Origin: Candidatus Saganbacteria bacterium
Lineage (GTDB): Bacteria; Margulisbacteria; WOR-1; JAKLHX01
Direction: 5' to 3'
DNA: 32,000 nucleotides
NCBI GenBank assembly: GCA_026387835.1
Contig: JAPLKZ010000013.1
Coordinates: 60,001 to 92,000 of the forward strand
Made by a program: the position numbers and the translations under genes. The notes below the pieces were generated by a model, which was given only the letters and a program-made list of their open reading frames with translations, did no database searches and was not told the origin of the DNA. The stretch's first letter is position 1. Each line of letters starts with the position of its first letter. Shown one piece after another: positions 9,336 to 17,210 of this stretch.

Positions 9336-10199
9336 ATGTTTGAAAAGCTGATCAAAAGGGCCGAGGTCGTAATAGAAGCGCTTCCGTACCTTCGAAAGTT
9401 CTACGGGAAGACGATCGTGATAAAATACGGCGGCAACGCGATGCTTGAAAAGGAACTGAAGGCAAAAGTGGTGCAGGACGTCATCCTGCTCAGGTATGTC
9501 GGGATGAACCCTGTCCTGATACATGGCGGCGGTCCGGAAATAAGCAAAGAACTGAAGAAAAAAAAGATCGAGACAAAATTCCTCGAAGGGCTGCGCATCA
9601 CTGACGAAAAGACCATGGAAGTGGTCGAAAAAGTACTCACGAGGGTGAATTCAAAGATCGTCGCTTTACTAAACAAGGGCGGCCGTATAGCAAGAGGCAT
9701 CTCCGGGAAAAAAGGGAAAATAATCAGGGCAAGAAAGCATGTCTTTTTCAGGAACAAGCAGAAGATAGACATCGGGTTCGTGGGCGACGTCACGAAAATT
9801 GACGCAAAGGCCCTGCGGCAGATGATCACAAAAGGGGCGATCCCCGTCATCTCATCGATCGGATTTGACGGAAAAGGCAGGGTCTACAACATAAACGCGG
9901 ATTCAGTCGCGGCGGAGATAGCCGCGGCTCTCGGAGCCTCAAAGCTTATACTTCTTACGAATGTTATGGGGGTACTTGATAAGAACGGCAGGCTGATATC
10001 ACAGATAAACGCTTCAAGGACGAGAAGGCTGATAAAAAAGGGTGTCATCTCCGGCGGCATGATACCAAAGGTCAAGTGCGGGCTGTTCGCGCTTAAAAAA
10101 GGCGTCGAAAAAGTCCATATCCTTGACGGGCGCGTCCCGCATGCCATTCTTCTGGAACTCTTTACCGATTTCGGTATCGGGACCATGGTGGAAAGATAA
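9336..10199 (+). CDS. argB: Acetylglutamate kinase
   Basis: TIVIKYGGNAMLEKELK, LRYVGMNPVLIHGGGPEIS, GLRITDEKTMEVVEKVL, GGMIPKVKC. Confidence 0.97.
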   Translation: MFEKLIKRAEVVIEALPYLRKFYGKTIVIKYGGNAMLEKELKAKVVQDVILLRYVGMNPVLIHGGGPEISKELKKKKIETKFLEGLRITDEKTMEVVEKVLTRVNSKIVALLNKGGRIARGISGKKGKIIRARKHVFFRNKQKIDIGFVGDVTKIDAKALRQMITKGAIPVISSIGFDGKGRVYNINADSVAAEIAAALGASKLILLTNVMGVLDKNGRLISQINASRTRRLIKKGVISGGMIPKVKCGLFALKKGVEKVHILDGRVPHAILLELFTDFGIGTMVER

Positions 10200-10274
10200 A
10201 TACGGCCACTGCCTACATTAATATACAAGTTATGTCGGCAATACCTCGATATATATAAATGAGTATATAAAATT

Positions 10275-11111
10275 ATGGAAATATCACGCATAGGAGCAGT
10301 GGGCGCGAGCCCTGTATCGTCTGCCCTTCCGTTCAAGGTGGGAATGCCGGGAGAACATATACCCGTCCATACACCCGCGGGGATGGAGATCAGGCAGAGG
10401 ATATTTCGTGGTTTCGGTATAGAGGTCCTTGACAGCGATGTCAGGTTCTCAAAAGCAGAACTCATTATGATCGAAAAGATCCTTTTGGACCTCAGAAAAA
10501 AGAAAAAAAACCATCTTCTTGGCGTCAAAGAGATCGTGAAGAACAAAGAAATGAGAGTAAGGCTTTTGAATAACGCTCTGATACATGCCGGCGGGGCTTA
10601 TGTGGCCGAACAAAAGCGCATATATCTTTTTGACGAGCTTCCTCAGGAAGAGATCCAGGAAGTCCTTGTCCACGAGATCGGGCACGCGGTAAACCATTTC
10701 AATCTTTCTTTCGAAAGGTTCATGGACTTTGTAAGGCAGAGCGGCTGGAACATGACCGAGATGAGAAGGGTGTTCTTCAACAGCAACCGGATGTACCAGT
10801 TCGGCGTGAAACCCCTGGAGATACCGAAGGACAAATGGGGGAACGTCTGGAACCGCTTCAGCCTGAACTCTCTCTCGAAGGACCAGGATACTTTCGGAGA
10901 GATATTTTTGCAGCTGCCGAGGAACACCGGCGCTCCGTGGGACAAGAACCCCCTTGAAAAGTTCGCGTGGGCTTACGAGTGGTTCTACGATAAAAAGGAC
11001 AGGTTCAAGCTGATCGCCGAAAAAGCAAAAGAAGAAGGAGACCCCACTTTGAGCGAAGCTTTCAAATTCATGGAAAAAGAAGTCTTTTCGGACGAAGAAC
11101 AAAAAAATTAA
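10275..11111 (+). CDS. Putative zinc metallopeptidase-like protein (HEXXH)
   Basis: 278 aa; VLVHEIGHAVNHF at 10665-10703 plus a downstream acidic helix (NPLEKFAWAYEWFY). No signal peptide seen. Confidence 0.65.
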   Translation: MEISRIGAVGASPVSSALPFKVGMPGEHIPVHTPAGMEIRQRIFRGFGIEVLDSDVRFSKAELIMIEKILLDLRKKKKNHLLGVKEIVKNKEMRVRLLNNALIHAGGAYVAEQKRIYLFDELPQEEIQEVLVHEIGHAVNHFNLSFERFMDFVRQSGWNMTEMRRVFFNSNRMYQFGVKPLEIPKDKWGNVWNRFSLNSLSKDQDTFGEIFLQLPRNTGAPWDKNPLEKFAWAYEWFYDKKDRFKLIAEKAKEEGDPTLSEAFKFMEKEVFSDEEQKN

Positions 11112-11147
11112 GATCCATGCCGAATATCCTATCTCCAAAATCGGAAA

Positions 11148-11156
11148 TGCTACAAT
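11148..11156 (+). promoter_or_regulatory. Extended -10 (TGCTACAAT) for the GlcD-like gene, predicted leaderless
   Basis: TGC-TACAAT-ATCCTC-ATG; exactly 6 nt from -10 to ATG (11163). Confidence 0.6.
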
Positions 11157-11162
11157 ATCCTC

Positions 11163-12602
11163 ATGATAATCAAGACCGATCAGGACACGATAAGACCATT
11201 CCTCGAGGATGCTTCAGGCCTGACCGGAGCGCACACGGATAAAGTATTCCTTGCAGAAAATACCGGAGAAGTTTCCGAATTGTTAAAAGAATGCTCTTCA
11301 AAAAATATTACCGTTACTGTCTCCGGCGGGGGCACGGGCGTGACAGGAGGCAGGCTTCCGTTTGAAGGAGTCGTTCTCGCGACGGACAGATTGAACAGAA
11401 TACTTGACCTTAAGCCTGGCTCGATAGTTGTCCAGTCCGGCGTGCCGATAACGGAAATTCATAAAGCAGCCGGTTCTATCGGATATTTTTACCCTCCGGA
11501 CGCTACGGAATGGACGGCTTTTATCGGGGGGAATATTGCCACAAACGCTTCGGGAGCGAGGACGTTTAAATACGGGGCGACGAGAAAATATATAAAGAGG
11601 ATAAAAGTTGTCCTGAGTAATGGAGATATTATCGATGTCGAAAGAGGCAGACTATTAGCAAAGAGTAATATTCTCGAAATCCGAAATACGAAATCCGAAA
11701 TTCGAAACAAATTCGAAATCCCAAATTATAAAATCCCAAATATAAAAAATGCGGCGGGGTATTATTCCAGGAAGAACATGGACCTGATCGATCTGTTCAT
11801 CGGAAGCGAAGGCACTCTCGGAGTGATCGCTGAAGCGGAATTAAGTTTGCTGAAAAAAGAGGGGTTTGTTTTCGCCTGTTTTTCATTCTTCAACAGATTG
11901 AACGACGCGCTCAACTTTGTGGCCGAAGCGAAAAAATGCGATGCGCTCGCGATAGAATTCTTTGATGCCAGGGCTCTGGACCTCTTGCGGACAAAATATC
12001 TTAACATGCCGAAAGCCGCTGCCTGCGTGTTCTTTGAGGAAGAGATCACTACGGAAAAAGAAAAAGATTATCTTGAAAGATGGGGAAACCTGCTGGAAAA
12101 ACACAATGTATCTTTGGACGACGTCTGGACATCGGAGACTCCCGAAAAAGCGCAGGAGTTCAAGGATATGAGACATTCTGTCCCCGAGCTTGTGAACGAG
12201 ATCGTAAAGAAAAGAGGCTTTCCGAAACTGGGGACGGATATTGCCGTGCCGGACAGGGCTTTTGCCGAAATGTTCGGTCTTTACGAAAAGACTTTGTTGT
12301 CCTCGAATATCGACAGCCTGATATTCGGGCATATCGGGGATAACCACCTTCACGTGAATATGCTTCCTAAAGACAGCGATGAGGCCGAAAAGGTCAAGGA
12401 CATCTATATTTCTTTTGTGAGGAGAGCAATAAGCCTGGGAGGGACCGTTTCGGCCGAGCACGGGATAGGGAAGATCAAGCACAGGTTCCTGAAAGAGATG
12501 TATGGCGACAGAGGGATACTGGAAATGACAAGGGTCAAGAAAAGTCTGGACCCGGATCTTATCTTAGGTTTGGGGAATATCTTTCCGAAGGAACTGCTTT
12601 AA
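11163..12602 (+). CDS. FAD-binding oxidase/dehydrogenase, GlcD (glycolate oxidase subunit) family
   Basis: TVSGGGTGVTGGRLP, FIGGNIATNASGART, LFIGSEGTLGVIAEAEL, SAEHGIGKIKHRFL. Confidence 0.9.
   Translation: MIIKTDQDTIRPFLEDASGLTGAHTDKVFLAENTGEVSELLKECSSKNITVTVSGGGTGVTGGRLPFEGVVLATDRLNRILDLKPGSIVVQSGVPITEIHKAAGSIGYFYPPDATEWTAFIGGNIATNASGARTFKYGATRKYIKRIKVVLSNGDIIDVERGRLLAKSNILEIRNTKSEIRNKFEIPNYKIPNIKNAAGYYSRKNMDLIDLFIGSEGTLGVIAEAELSLLKKEGFVFACFSFFNRLNDALNFVAEAKKCDALAIEFFDARALDLLRTKYLNMPKAAACVFFEEEITTEKEKDYLERWGNLLEKHNVSLDDVWTSETPEKAQEFKDMRHSVPELVNEIVKKRGFPKLGTDIAVPDRAFAEMFGLYEKTLLSSNIDSLIFGHIGDNHLHVNMLPKDSDEAEKVKDIYISFVRRAISLGGTVSAEHGIGKIKHRFLKEMYGDRGILEMTRVKKSLDPDLILGLGNIFPKELL
11673..11750 (+). 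repeat. CGAAAT-rich dispersed repeat embedded in frame in the GlcD-like CDS
   Basis: CTCGAAATCCGAAATACGAAATCCGAAATTCGAAACAAATTCGAAATCCCAAATTATAAAATCCCAAATATAAAAAAT, encoding LEIRNTKSEIRNKFEIPNYKIPNIKN. Confidence 0.75.
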
Positions 12603-12685
12603 GCCTTGCCGAGCCTCTTGCGTTTCTTGAGGTTTTCTTTCCTGCGTTTTCTTCTGCGCTTGAGCTCTTTTTGTCTTTCTCTCAT
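12599..12685 (-). CDS. Small 28-aa Arg/Lys-rich protein (MRERQKELKRRRKRRKENLKKRKRLGKA)
   Basis: Intact ATG-to-TAA minus-strand ORF absent from the ORF track, with a promoter directly upstream. Composition resembles small ribosome-associated basic proteins, but no homology was established. Confidence 0.5.
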   Translation of the reverse strand: MRERQKELKRRRKRRKENLKKRKRLGKA

Positions 12686-12693
12686 ATATTACC

Positions 12694-12722
12694 ATTATAC
12701 ATAATGCTTAGGTTATTGTAAA
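12694..12722 (-). promoter_or_regulatory. Sigma70-type promoter driving the 28-aa ORF
   Basis: Minus strand TTTACA (12722-12717), 17 nt, TATAAT (12699-12694), 8 nt, ATG (12685). Confidence 0.65.
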
Positions 12723-12734
12723 ATATGCTTGTCG

Positions 12735-12761
12735 GGGCGCCCCGATCCGATCGGGGTGCCC
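12735..12761. repeat. GC-rich palindrome upstream of rluD
   Basis: GGGC-G-CCCCGATC-C-GATCGGGG-T-GCCC; 8 perfect bp plus 4 more beyond one mismatch, single-nt centre. Confidence 0.7.
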
Positions 12762-12773
12762 GCCATAAAACTT

Positions 12774-13694
12774 ATGCGTGAATATATCGTCCCGAAAGAA
12801 TACGAACATTTAAGGCTTGATCTTTTTCTCGCGAAAAAGCTCCCGTCGATGAGCAGGTCGTTCGTTCAGAAACTTATAAAAAGCGGTCAGGTGAAGGTCA
12901 GGGGGAAGATCGACAGGAAGGCCTCCCGCGAACTTATCCATAACGACACAGTTGAAGTAGATATCCCTCCCATGAAAAGGAATGAATCTGTTCCGGAAGA
13001 CATCCCTCTGGATATAGTCTATGAGGACGACCAGCTAATCGTGATAAACAAACCTTCCGGGATGGTGGTCCATCCCGCGCACGGCAATAGGACGGGGACC
13101 CTTGTTAACGCTTTGCTCCACCACTGCAAAGATCTATCGGGTATAGGTGGCGTAGAACGGCCGGGGATCGTTCACCGACTGGATAAAGACACATCAGGGG
13201 TCATGGTCATCGCAAAAACGGATCAAACTCACAGGTATCTTGCGAACCTTTTCAAAAACCGGCAGATCACAAAAAAATATCTCGCGCTGGTACACGGAAA
13301 TGTTAAAGATGATTCGGGGACTATCATCGCTTCGATAGGCAGAAGCCCGTCCGACAGGAAAAAGATGGCGGTTATCGAGATAAGAAATGAAAAAGACAAG
13401 GCATTGAACGCTAATAAACCAAGAAAATGCAAGACAAGGCAGGCGATCACTCATTATCAGGTTCTTAAAAGGAATAAAAGCACTACTTTGCTCGAATTAA
13501 AACTTGAGACCGGAAGGACGCACCAGATAAGGGTCCATCTAGCGCACATTCATCATCCGATAGTTGGGGACAAGGTTTATGGTCTTAAGAAGGACAAGGC
13601 GGCGGAGATGGCACTTCACAGTTATTATCTAAGCTTTGTGCATCCGGTCACTGGGGAGCTTGTTGAGTTCAAGAGAGAGAAAGAGCTGAAGTAA
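12774..13694 (+). CDS. rluD: RluA/RluD family 23S rRNA pseudouridine synthase with S4 domain
   Basis: SRSFVQKLIKSGQVKVRG (S4), GIVHRLDKDTSGVMVIAKT catalytic motif, LETGRTHQIRVHLAHIHHPIVGD. Start set at MREYIVPK. Confidence 0.93.
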   Translation: MREYIVPKEYEHLRLDLFLAKKLPSMSRSFVQKLIKSGQVKVRGKIDRKASRELIHNDTVEVDIPPMKRNESVPEDIPLDIVYEDDQLIVINKPSGMVVHPAHGNRTGTLVNALLHHCKDLSGIGGVERPGIVHRLDKDTSGVMVIAKTDQTHRYLANLFKNRQITKKYLALVHGNVKDDSGTIIASIGRSPSDRKKMAVIEIRNEKDKALNANKPRKCKTRQAITHYQVLKRNKSTTLLELKLETGRTHQIRVHLAHIHHPIVGDKVYGLKKDKAAEMALHSYYLSFVHPVTGELVEFKREKELK

Positions 13695-13835
13695 AAAAAC
13701 AACCTTGTTCCATCTCCCTGTAACTTCACATGTTCCCATGCTTTTCTAAACAAAACCGAAAATCCCTGAAATTTCGCAAAAGATATGACGATAGATATAT
13801 AGACGGGAATTAACAAAAAAAAGGAGAAATGAAAA

Positions 13836-14603
13836 ATGGCAATAGGAACGGTCATTGGCAGAATGAGAGTATCGAGTTTAACAGCAGGAAGGATGACATT
13901 AACGCCGATAGGAAGAAAGACGCATGTAAACCTTCCCGAAATGGTAAGGGTCGCCGGCGGGAAGTTCTCAATGGGCAGCACAAGATTTACTGATGCCCAG
14001 CCCCTAAGGCAGGTCACATTAAGGGATTTTGCGATAGGCAAATATCCTGTGACGAACGGTGAATACCTTGGTTTTCTTCAGGCAATGAATAGAGAAATAC
14101 CTCAACTTGTAGCTAGCACAAAATTTGCGTTACATCCTGTAGTAGATGTTTCATGGAACAACGCAACCGAATACTGCAAATTTCTAATGGAAACAACGGG
14201 CAGGAAGTTTGGTTTGCTTACAGAAGCACAGTGGGAATATGCGGCAGGAGGGACAGGAGGAAGAACATATCCGTGGGGAAATGAATGGGACGCGAGCAAA
14301 GCCGTATTCAATACATCTGGAACGCAACCTGTTAGCACGCATCCTGAAGGAGCAAGCTGGTGCGGTGCTATGCACATGTCAGGGAATGTATGGGAATGGG
14401 TACAGGATTGGTATGCAAATGGATATGACGCAAAAGCTTTAACGAATCCTACAGGGCCGGACAGTGGTACTTATAAGGTGTTGCGCGGCGGTTCCTGGTA
14501 TAACAGCGATTCTAATAGGCTGGATGCTGCGTACCGGATCTGCAACTTACCGGAGTTTCAGTACTACAATATCGGTTTCCGCCTCGCCGAGGACTTAAAA
14601 TAA
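13836..14603 (+). CDS. SUMF1/formylglycine-generating-enzyme-fold (C-type-lectin-like) protein, possible DGR target
   Basis: MVRVAGGKFSMGS, HPVVDVSWNNATEYCKFL, LLTEAQWEYAAGG, MSGNVWEWVQDWY, YKVLRGGSWYNSDSNRLDAAYRICNLPEFQYYNIGFRLA at the C-terminus; AAGGAG-type RBS. Confidence 0.92.
   Translation: MAIGTVIGRMRVSSLTAGRMTLTPIGRKTHVNLPEMVRVAGGKFSMGSTRFTDAQPLRQVTLRDFAIGKYPVTNGEYLGFLQAMNREIPQLVASTKFALHPVVDVSWNNATEYCKFLMETTGRKFGLLTEAQWEYAAGGTGGRTYPWGNEWDASKAVFNTSGTQPVSTHPEGASWCGAMHMSGNVWEWVQDWYANGYDAKALTNPTGPDSGTYKVLRGGSWYNSDSNRLDAAYRICNLPEFQYYNIGFRLAEDLK
14481..14600 (+). other. Candidate DGR variable region (VR) at the 3' end of the SUMF1-like gene
   Basis: RGGSW-[YNSDSNRLDAAYRICNLPEFQYYN]-IGFRLA; many NNC/NNT codons at expected variable positions. 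Inferred from form only; template repeat not in window. Confidence 0.45.
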
Positions 14604-14625
14604 TTAGTCCTTATGCCTTTGTCCC

Positions 14626-14647
14626 TTTACGCCTTTTCCGGCGTAAA
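14626..14647. repeat. Perfect 8-bp stem-loop just after the SUMF1-like gene
   Basis: TTTACGCC (14626-14633), loop TTTTCC, GGCGTAAA (14640-14647). Confidence 0.75.
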
Positions 14648-14907
14648 AAAATTTGGGTGTGCAGAATAAATGATTGAATCGGCTAATTCGATCACAAAAA
14701 CATATGACTTGATCAGATGGCTGATGCCTGTAGTTTCAAAATTCCCGAAATGCAAAAGGAAAAAAATGACACTACTTTGTATTCTATAGCCACATAGTTT
14801 ATTCCAAAATCAAGTGAAATTCACTAATAAAAATGACGACAAATATATGAAGTCAAAAAGACCTAATACACTAATGACCTTTAATAAGATGAAAGGGAGA
14901 AAAAGAA

Positions 14908-15501
14908 ATGAACGCTACTAATCCAAGTCTATTAGCAAAGATCGTTCCATGTAGAGCCGCGGCGATATCAAGGGCGATGAATTTCGCGGCCCAGGGAAAA
15001 ATTCCAAATTTAGAACTGTCCGGGATAACAAGACTTAGACAAAGTGGATATCAATACCTTCATTTCACAAGTTTTTCACGTGTTGCTCAAGGAAATCCTC
15101 GTCCAGCTGTGTCGGTCTGCGCAAGAACTTTGGATCAAGGTAAAGACATCACTATTAATCAAATATCGTTCCAGCACGCATTGGCGGCCCTTGATGTTCT
15201 TGGGTTACTAGCATGGAGCCCGAGACGTGCTAAAGCCATTTCAGAAAGACTTTCTGCTTTTCCAGATCCTAATTATGTAATGTCACGAAGTGTCCCGAAT
15301 ATGTGGCTGGAAGATAATCATGATATCAAGATCATGCTTTTGGGCGGACAAGTTTCATTTAAGGCGACTTATCATCAGTGGGATTCAGGACATTATGATA
15401 AAAGATTTACACATACAAATCTTTTTAATGCAATAATAATAGCGGCCGGCCGGCAGCTCGTTCTAAATCTAGATAAGAACGAACTTTTCACTCCGGCGTA
15501 G
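14908..15501 (+). CDS. Hypothetical protein in the accessory island
   Basis: 197 aa intact ORF with AAAGGGAG upstream; no recognised family. Confidence 0.65.
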   Translation: MNATNPSLLAKIVPCRAAAISRAMNFAAQGKIPNLELSGITRLRQSGYQYLHFTSFSRVAQGNPRPAVSVCARTLDQGKDITINQISFQHALAALDVLGLLAWSPRRAKAISERLSAFPDPNYVMSRSVPNMWLEDNHDIKIMLLGGQVSFKATYHQWDSGHYDKRFTHTNLFNAIIIAAGRQLVLNLDKNELFTPA

Positions 15502-15590
15502 CTACTCGCAGTTCTTTTCAACAGATTCTTTTTGGAGCGGTATAGCTGCTATTTGGACACAGGACTTATGCTTAATTACCACAGATAGCG

Positions 15591-15599
15591 TGTTATAAT
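15591..15599 (+). promoter_or_regulatory. Extended -10 (TGTTATAAT) for ruvC, predicted leaderless
   Basis: TGT-TATAAT-CTCTCC-ATG; exactly 6 nt from -10 to ATG (15606). Confidence 0.75.
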
Positions 15600-15605
15600 C
15601 TCTCC

Positions 15606-16091
15606 ATGCGGACACTCGGAATAGACCCGGGAACGGCCACGACGGGATTCGGGGTCATCGATGAGAACGATAATAAACTTTCACTGGTAGATTATGGCTG
15701 TATAAAAACATCCCCTAAAAACACAGCTTCTGACAGGCTGAAATCAATTTCCTCCGAGTTAAAAAAGATCATCGATAAATTTAAACCCGAAAATGTGGCT
15801 GTGGAGCAGTTGTTCTTCGCGGCTAATTCCAAAACCGCGATAAAAGTAGGAGAGGCGAGGGGGGTCATTTTGCTGACTGCGGCTCAAGCCGGCGTGAAAA
15901 TATCGGAGTATACGCCGCTTCAAGTCAAACAAGCCCTAACAGGGTACGGAAGGGCTGACAAAAAACAGATACAATATATGGTCAAAAATTTGCTAAAATG
16001 CAAGGAAATACCGAAGCCGGACGATGCGGCGGATGCTCTGGCAATAGCGATCTGCCACATTAATTCCAGAAAGCTGAAGGAGCTGAGATGA
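15606..16091 (+). CDS. ruvC: Holliday junction endodeoxyribonuclease RuvC
   Basis: MRTLGIDPGTATTGFGVI, VAVEQLFFAANSKTAIKVGEARGV, DAADALAIAICH. Confidence 0.97.
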   Translation: MRTLGIDPGTATTGFGVIDENDNKLSLVDYGCIKTSPKNTASDRLKSISSELKKIIDKFKPENVAVEQLFFAANSKTAIKVGEARGVILLTAAQAGVKISEYTPLQVKQALTGYGRADKKQIQYMVKNLLKCKEIPKPDDAADALAIAICHINSRKLKELR

Positions 16092-16690
16092 TAGGACATA
16101 TCGAGGGGATATTTGAAGGAGCTGAGAACGATAAGATCACTGTCGATGTCAACGGTATCGGTTATGAAATAACCGTCACAAATTCTGTGCTCCGTAAGCT
16201 CCCGAAGAAAGGCGAAAAGATAAAAGTCATTACATATCTTAACGTCAGAGAAGACCTGATGCAGCTTTTCGGATTCTCTTCCAAGGAGGAAAAAGGCCTG
16301 TTCGGCCATCTGCTTTCCGTATCCGGCATAGGGCCGAAGGGGGCGATGAACATGGTTTCTTCTTTCGACATCAACAGGCTCGTCGTCGCAATAACAAAAG
16401 GCGATGTCGGGCTTCTTACCTCCGCGCAGGGGGTTGGCAAGAAAACGGCCGAAAGGGTCATTGTCGAATTAAGGGAAAAGCTCGGAAAGATCTATATGCT
16501 TGAGACCGAGAGCGGTTCGTCCACGCAGGCCCTTGAAAACCCGGTCATAAAAGATGCCGCGTCAGCGCTGATGGTTCTGGGCTATTCCGCGAAAGAAGCA
16601 AAGCAGGCGATAATGGAAAGCGGAGCCGACCTTTCGGGGAACATGCAGATCGAAGAGATAATCAAGCGGTCGCTCAAGGCCTTGGCCTGA
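16088..16690 (+). CDS. ruvA: Holliday junction branch migration protein RuvA
   Basis: MIGHIEGIFEG, LLSVSGIGPKGAMNMVS, GVGKKTAERVIVELREK. Confidence 0.96.
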   Translation: MIGHIEGIFEGAENDKITVDVNGIGYEITVTNSVLRKLPKKGEKIKVITYLNVREDLMQLFGFSSKEEKGLFGHLLSVSGIGPKGAMNMVSSFDINRLVVAITKGDVGLLTSAQGVGKKTAERVIVELREKLGKIYMLETESGSSTQALENPVIKDAASALMVLGYSAKEAKQAIMESGADLSGNMQIEEIIKRSLKALA

Positions 16691-17210
16691 GCTTAAGAAG
16701 TCTTATCAAAAAATTATCCAGCAGCCTCATCGGCATCCTGAACAATGAAGTCTCTTCGGAAAGAGGGTTTACCAGTATCGTATACATCCCGAGGATATTG
16801 CCTCCCAGCATGTCGGTGATCAACTGGTCGCCGATCACGGCTGTATCGCCGGCTGACACATCCAGCACCTTCATAGCGTTATAGAACGCGAAAGGAAGTG
16901 GCTTAAATGACAGGGCGTTGCCATCGATCTGCAGGGTCTTTATTATGTATTTCACCCTGGGCAGCCTGCTCCCGTTCGAAGCAAGATATATTTTGAAACC
17001 TTTTTCTTTTGCCTTTTCCACCCAGGCGTATATTGTCATAGGGACACTGTAATCCCTGCGCGGGATCAGCGTGTCGTCAAGATCGATTATCAAAGCCCTT
17101 ATGCCGCGCCTGTAAAGCCGGTCAAGGTCGATCCTGTATACCGAATCCACGTATTCTTTGGGACGGAAATAATCCGCCAGCCCCTTTTTTTCTTCCATTT
17201 CAGTTCTCAA
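16674..17210 (-). CDS. HAD-superfamily IIIA phosphatase, YqeG-like
   Basis: GIRALIIDLDDTLIPRRD, LASNGS, KPLPFAF, TAVIGDQLITDMLGGNILGMYTILV. Confidence 0.85.
   Translation of the reverse strand: MRTEMEEKKGLADYFRPKEYVDSVYRIDLDRLYRRGIRALIIDLDDTLIPRRDYSVPMTIYAWVEKAKEKGFKIYLASNGSRLPRVKYIIKTLQIDGNALSFKPLPFAFYNAMKVLDVSAGDTAVIGDQLITDMLGGNILGMYTILVNPLSEETSLFRMPMRLLDNFLIRLLKLRPRP

Noticed and set aside
10230-10274. A leaderless-type -10 before the HEXXH gene (TATATA, 5 nt before ATG)
   Set aside because: The stretch is so TA-rich (GATATATATAAATGAGTATATAAAATT) that several equally good boxes exist, so it was not counted in the 6-nt series.
12729-12773. N-terminal extension MSGRPDPIGVPAIKL of rluD
   Set aside because: It is the translation of the palindromic repeat, and the S4/RluD homology starts after MREYIVPK.
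14626-14647. Intrinsic terminator after the SUMF1-like gene
   Set aside because: The stem is followed by A7, not T, on the + strand, and the T-run lies on the 5' side of the stem on the minus strand.
14908-15501. The 197-aa island protein as a second DGR target
   Set aside because: Its C-terminus (KRFTHTNLFNAIIIAAGRQLVLNLDKNELFTPA) has no lectin-like RGGSW/GFR frame around a variable stretch.
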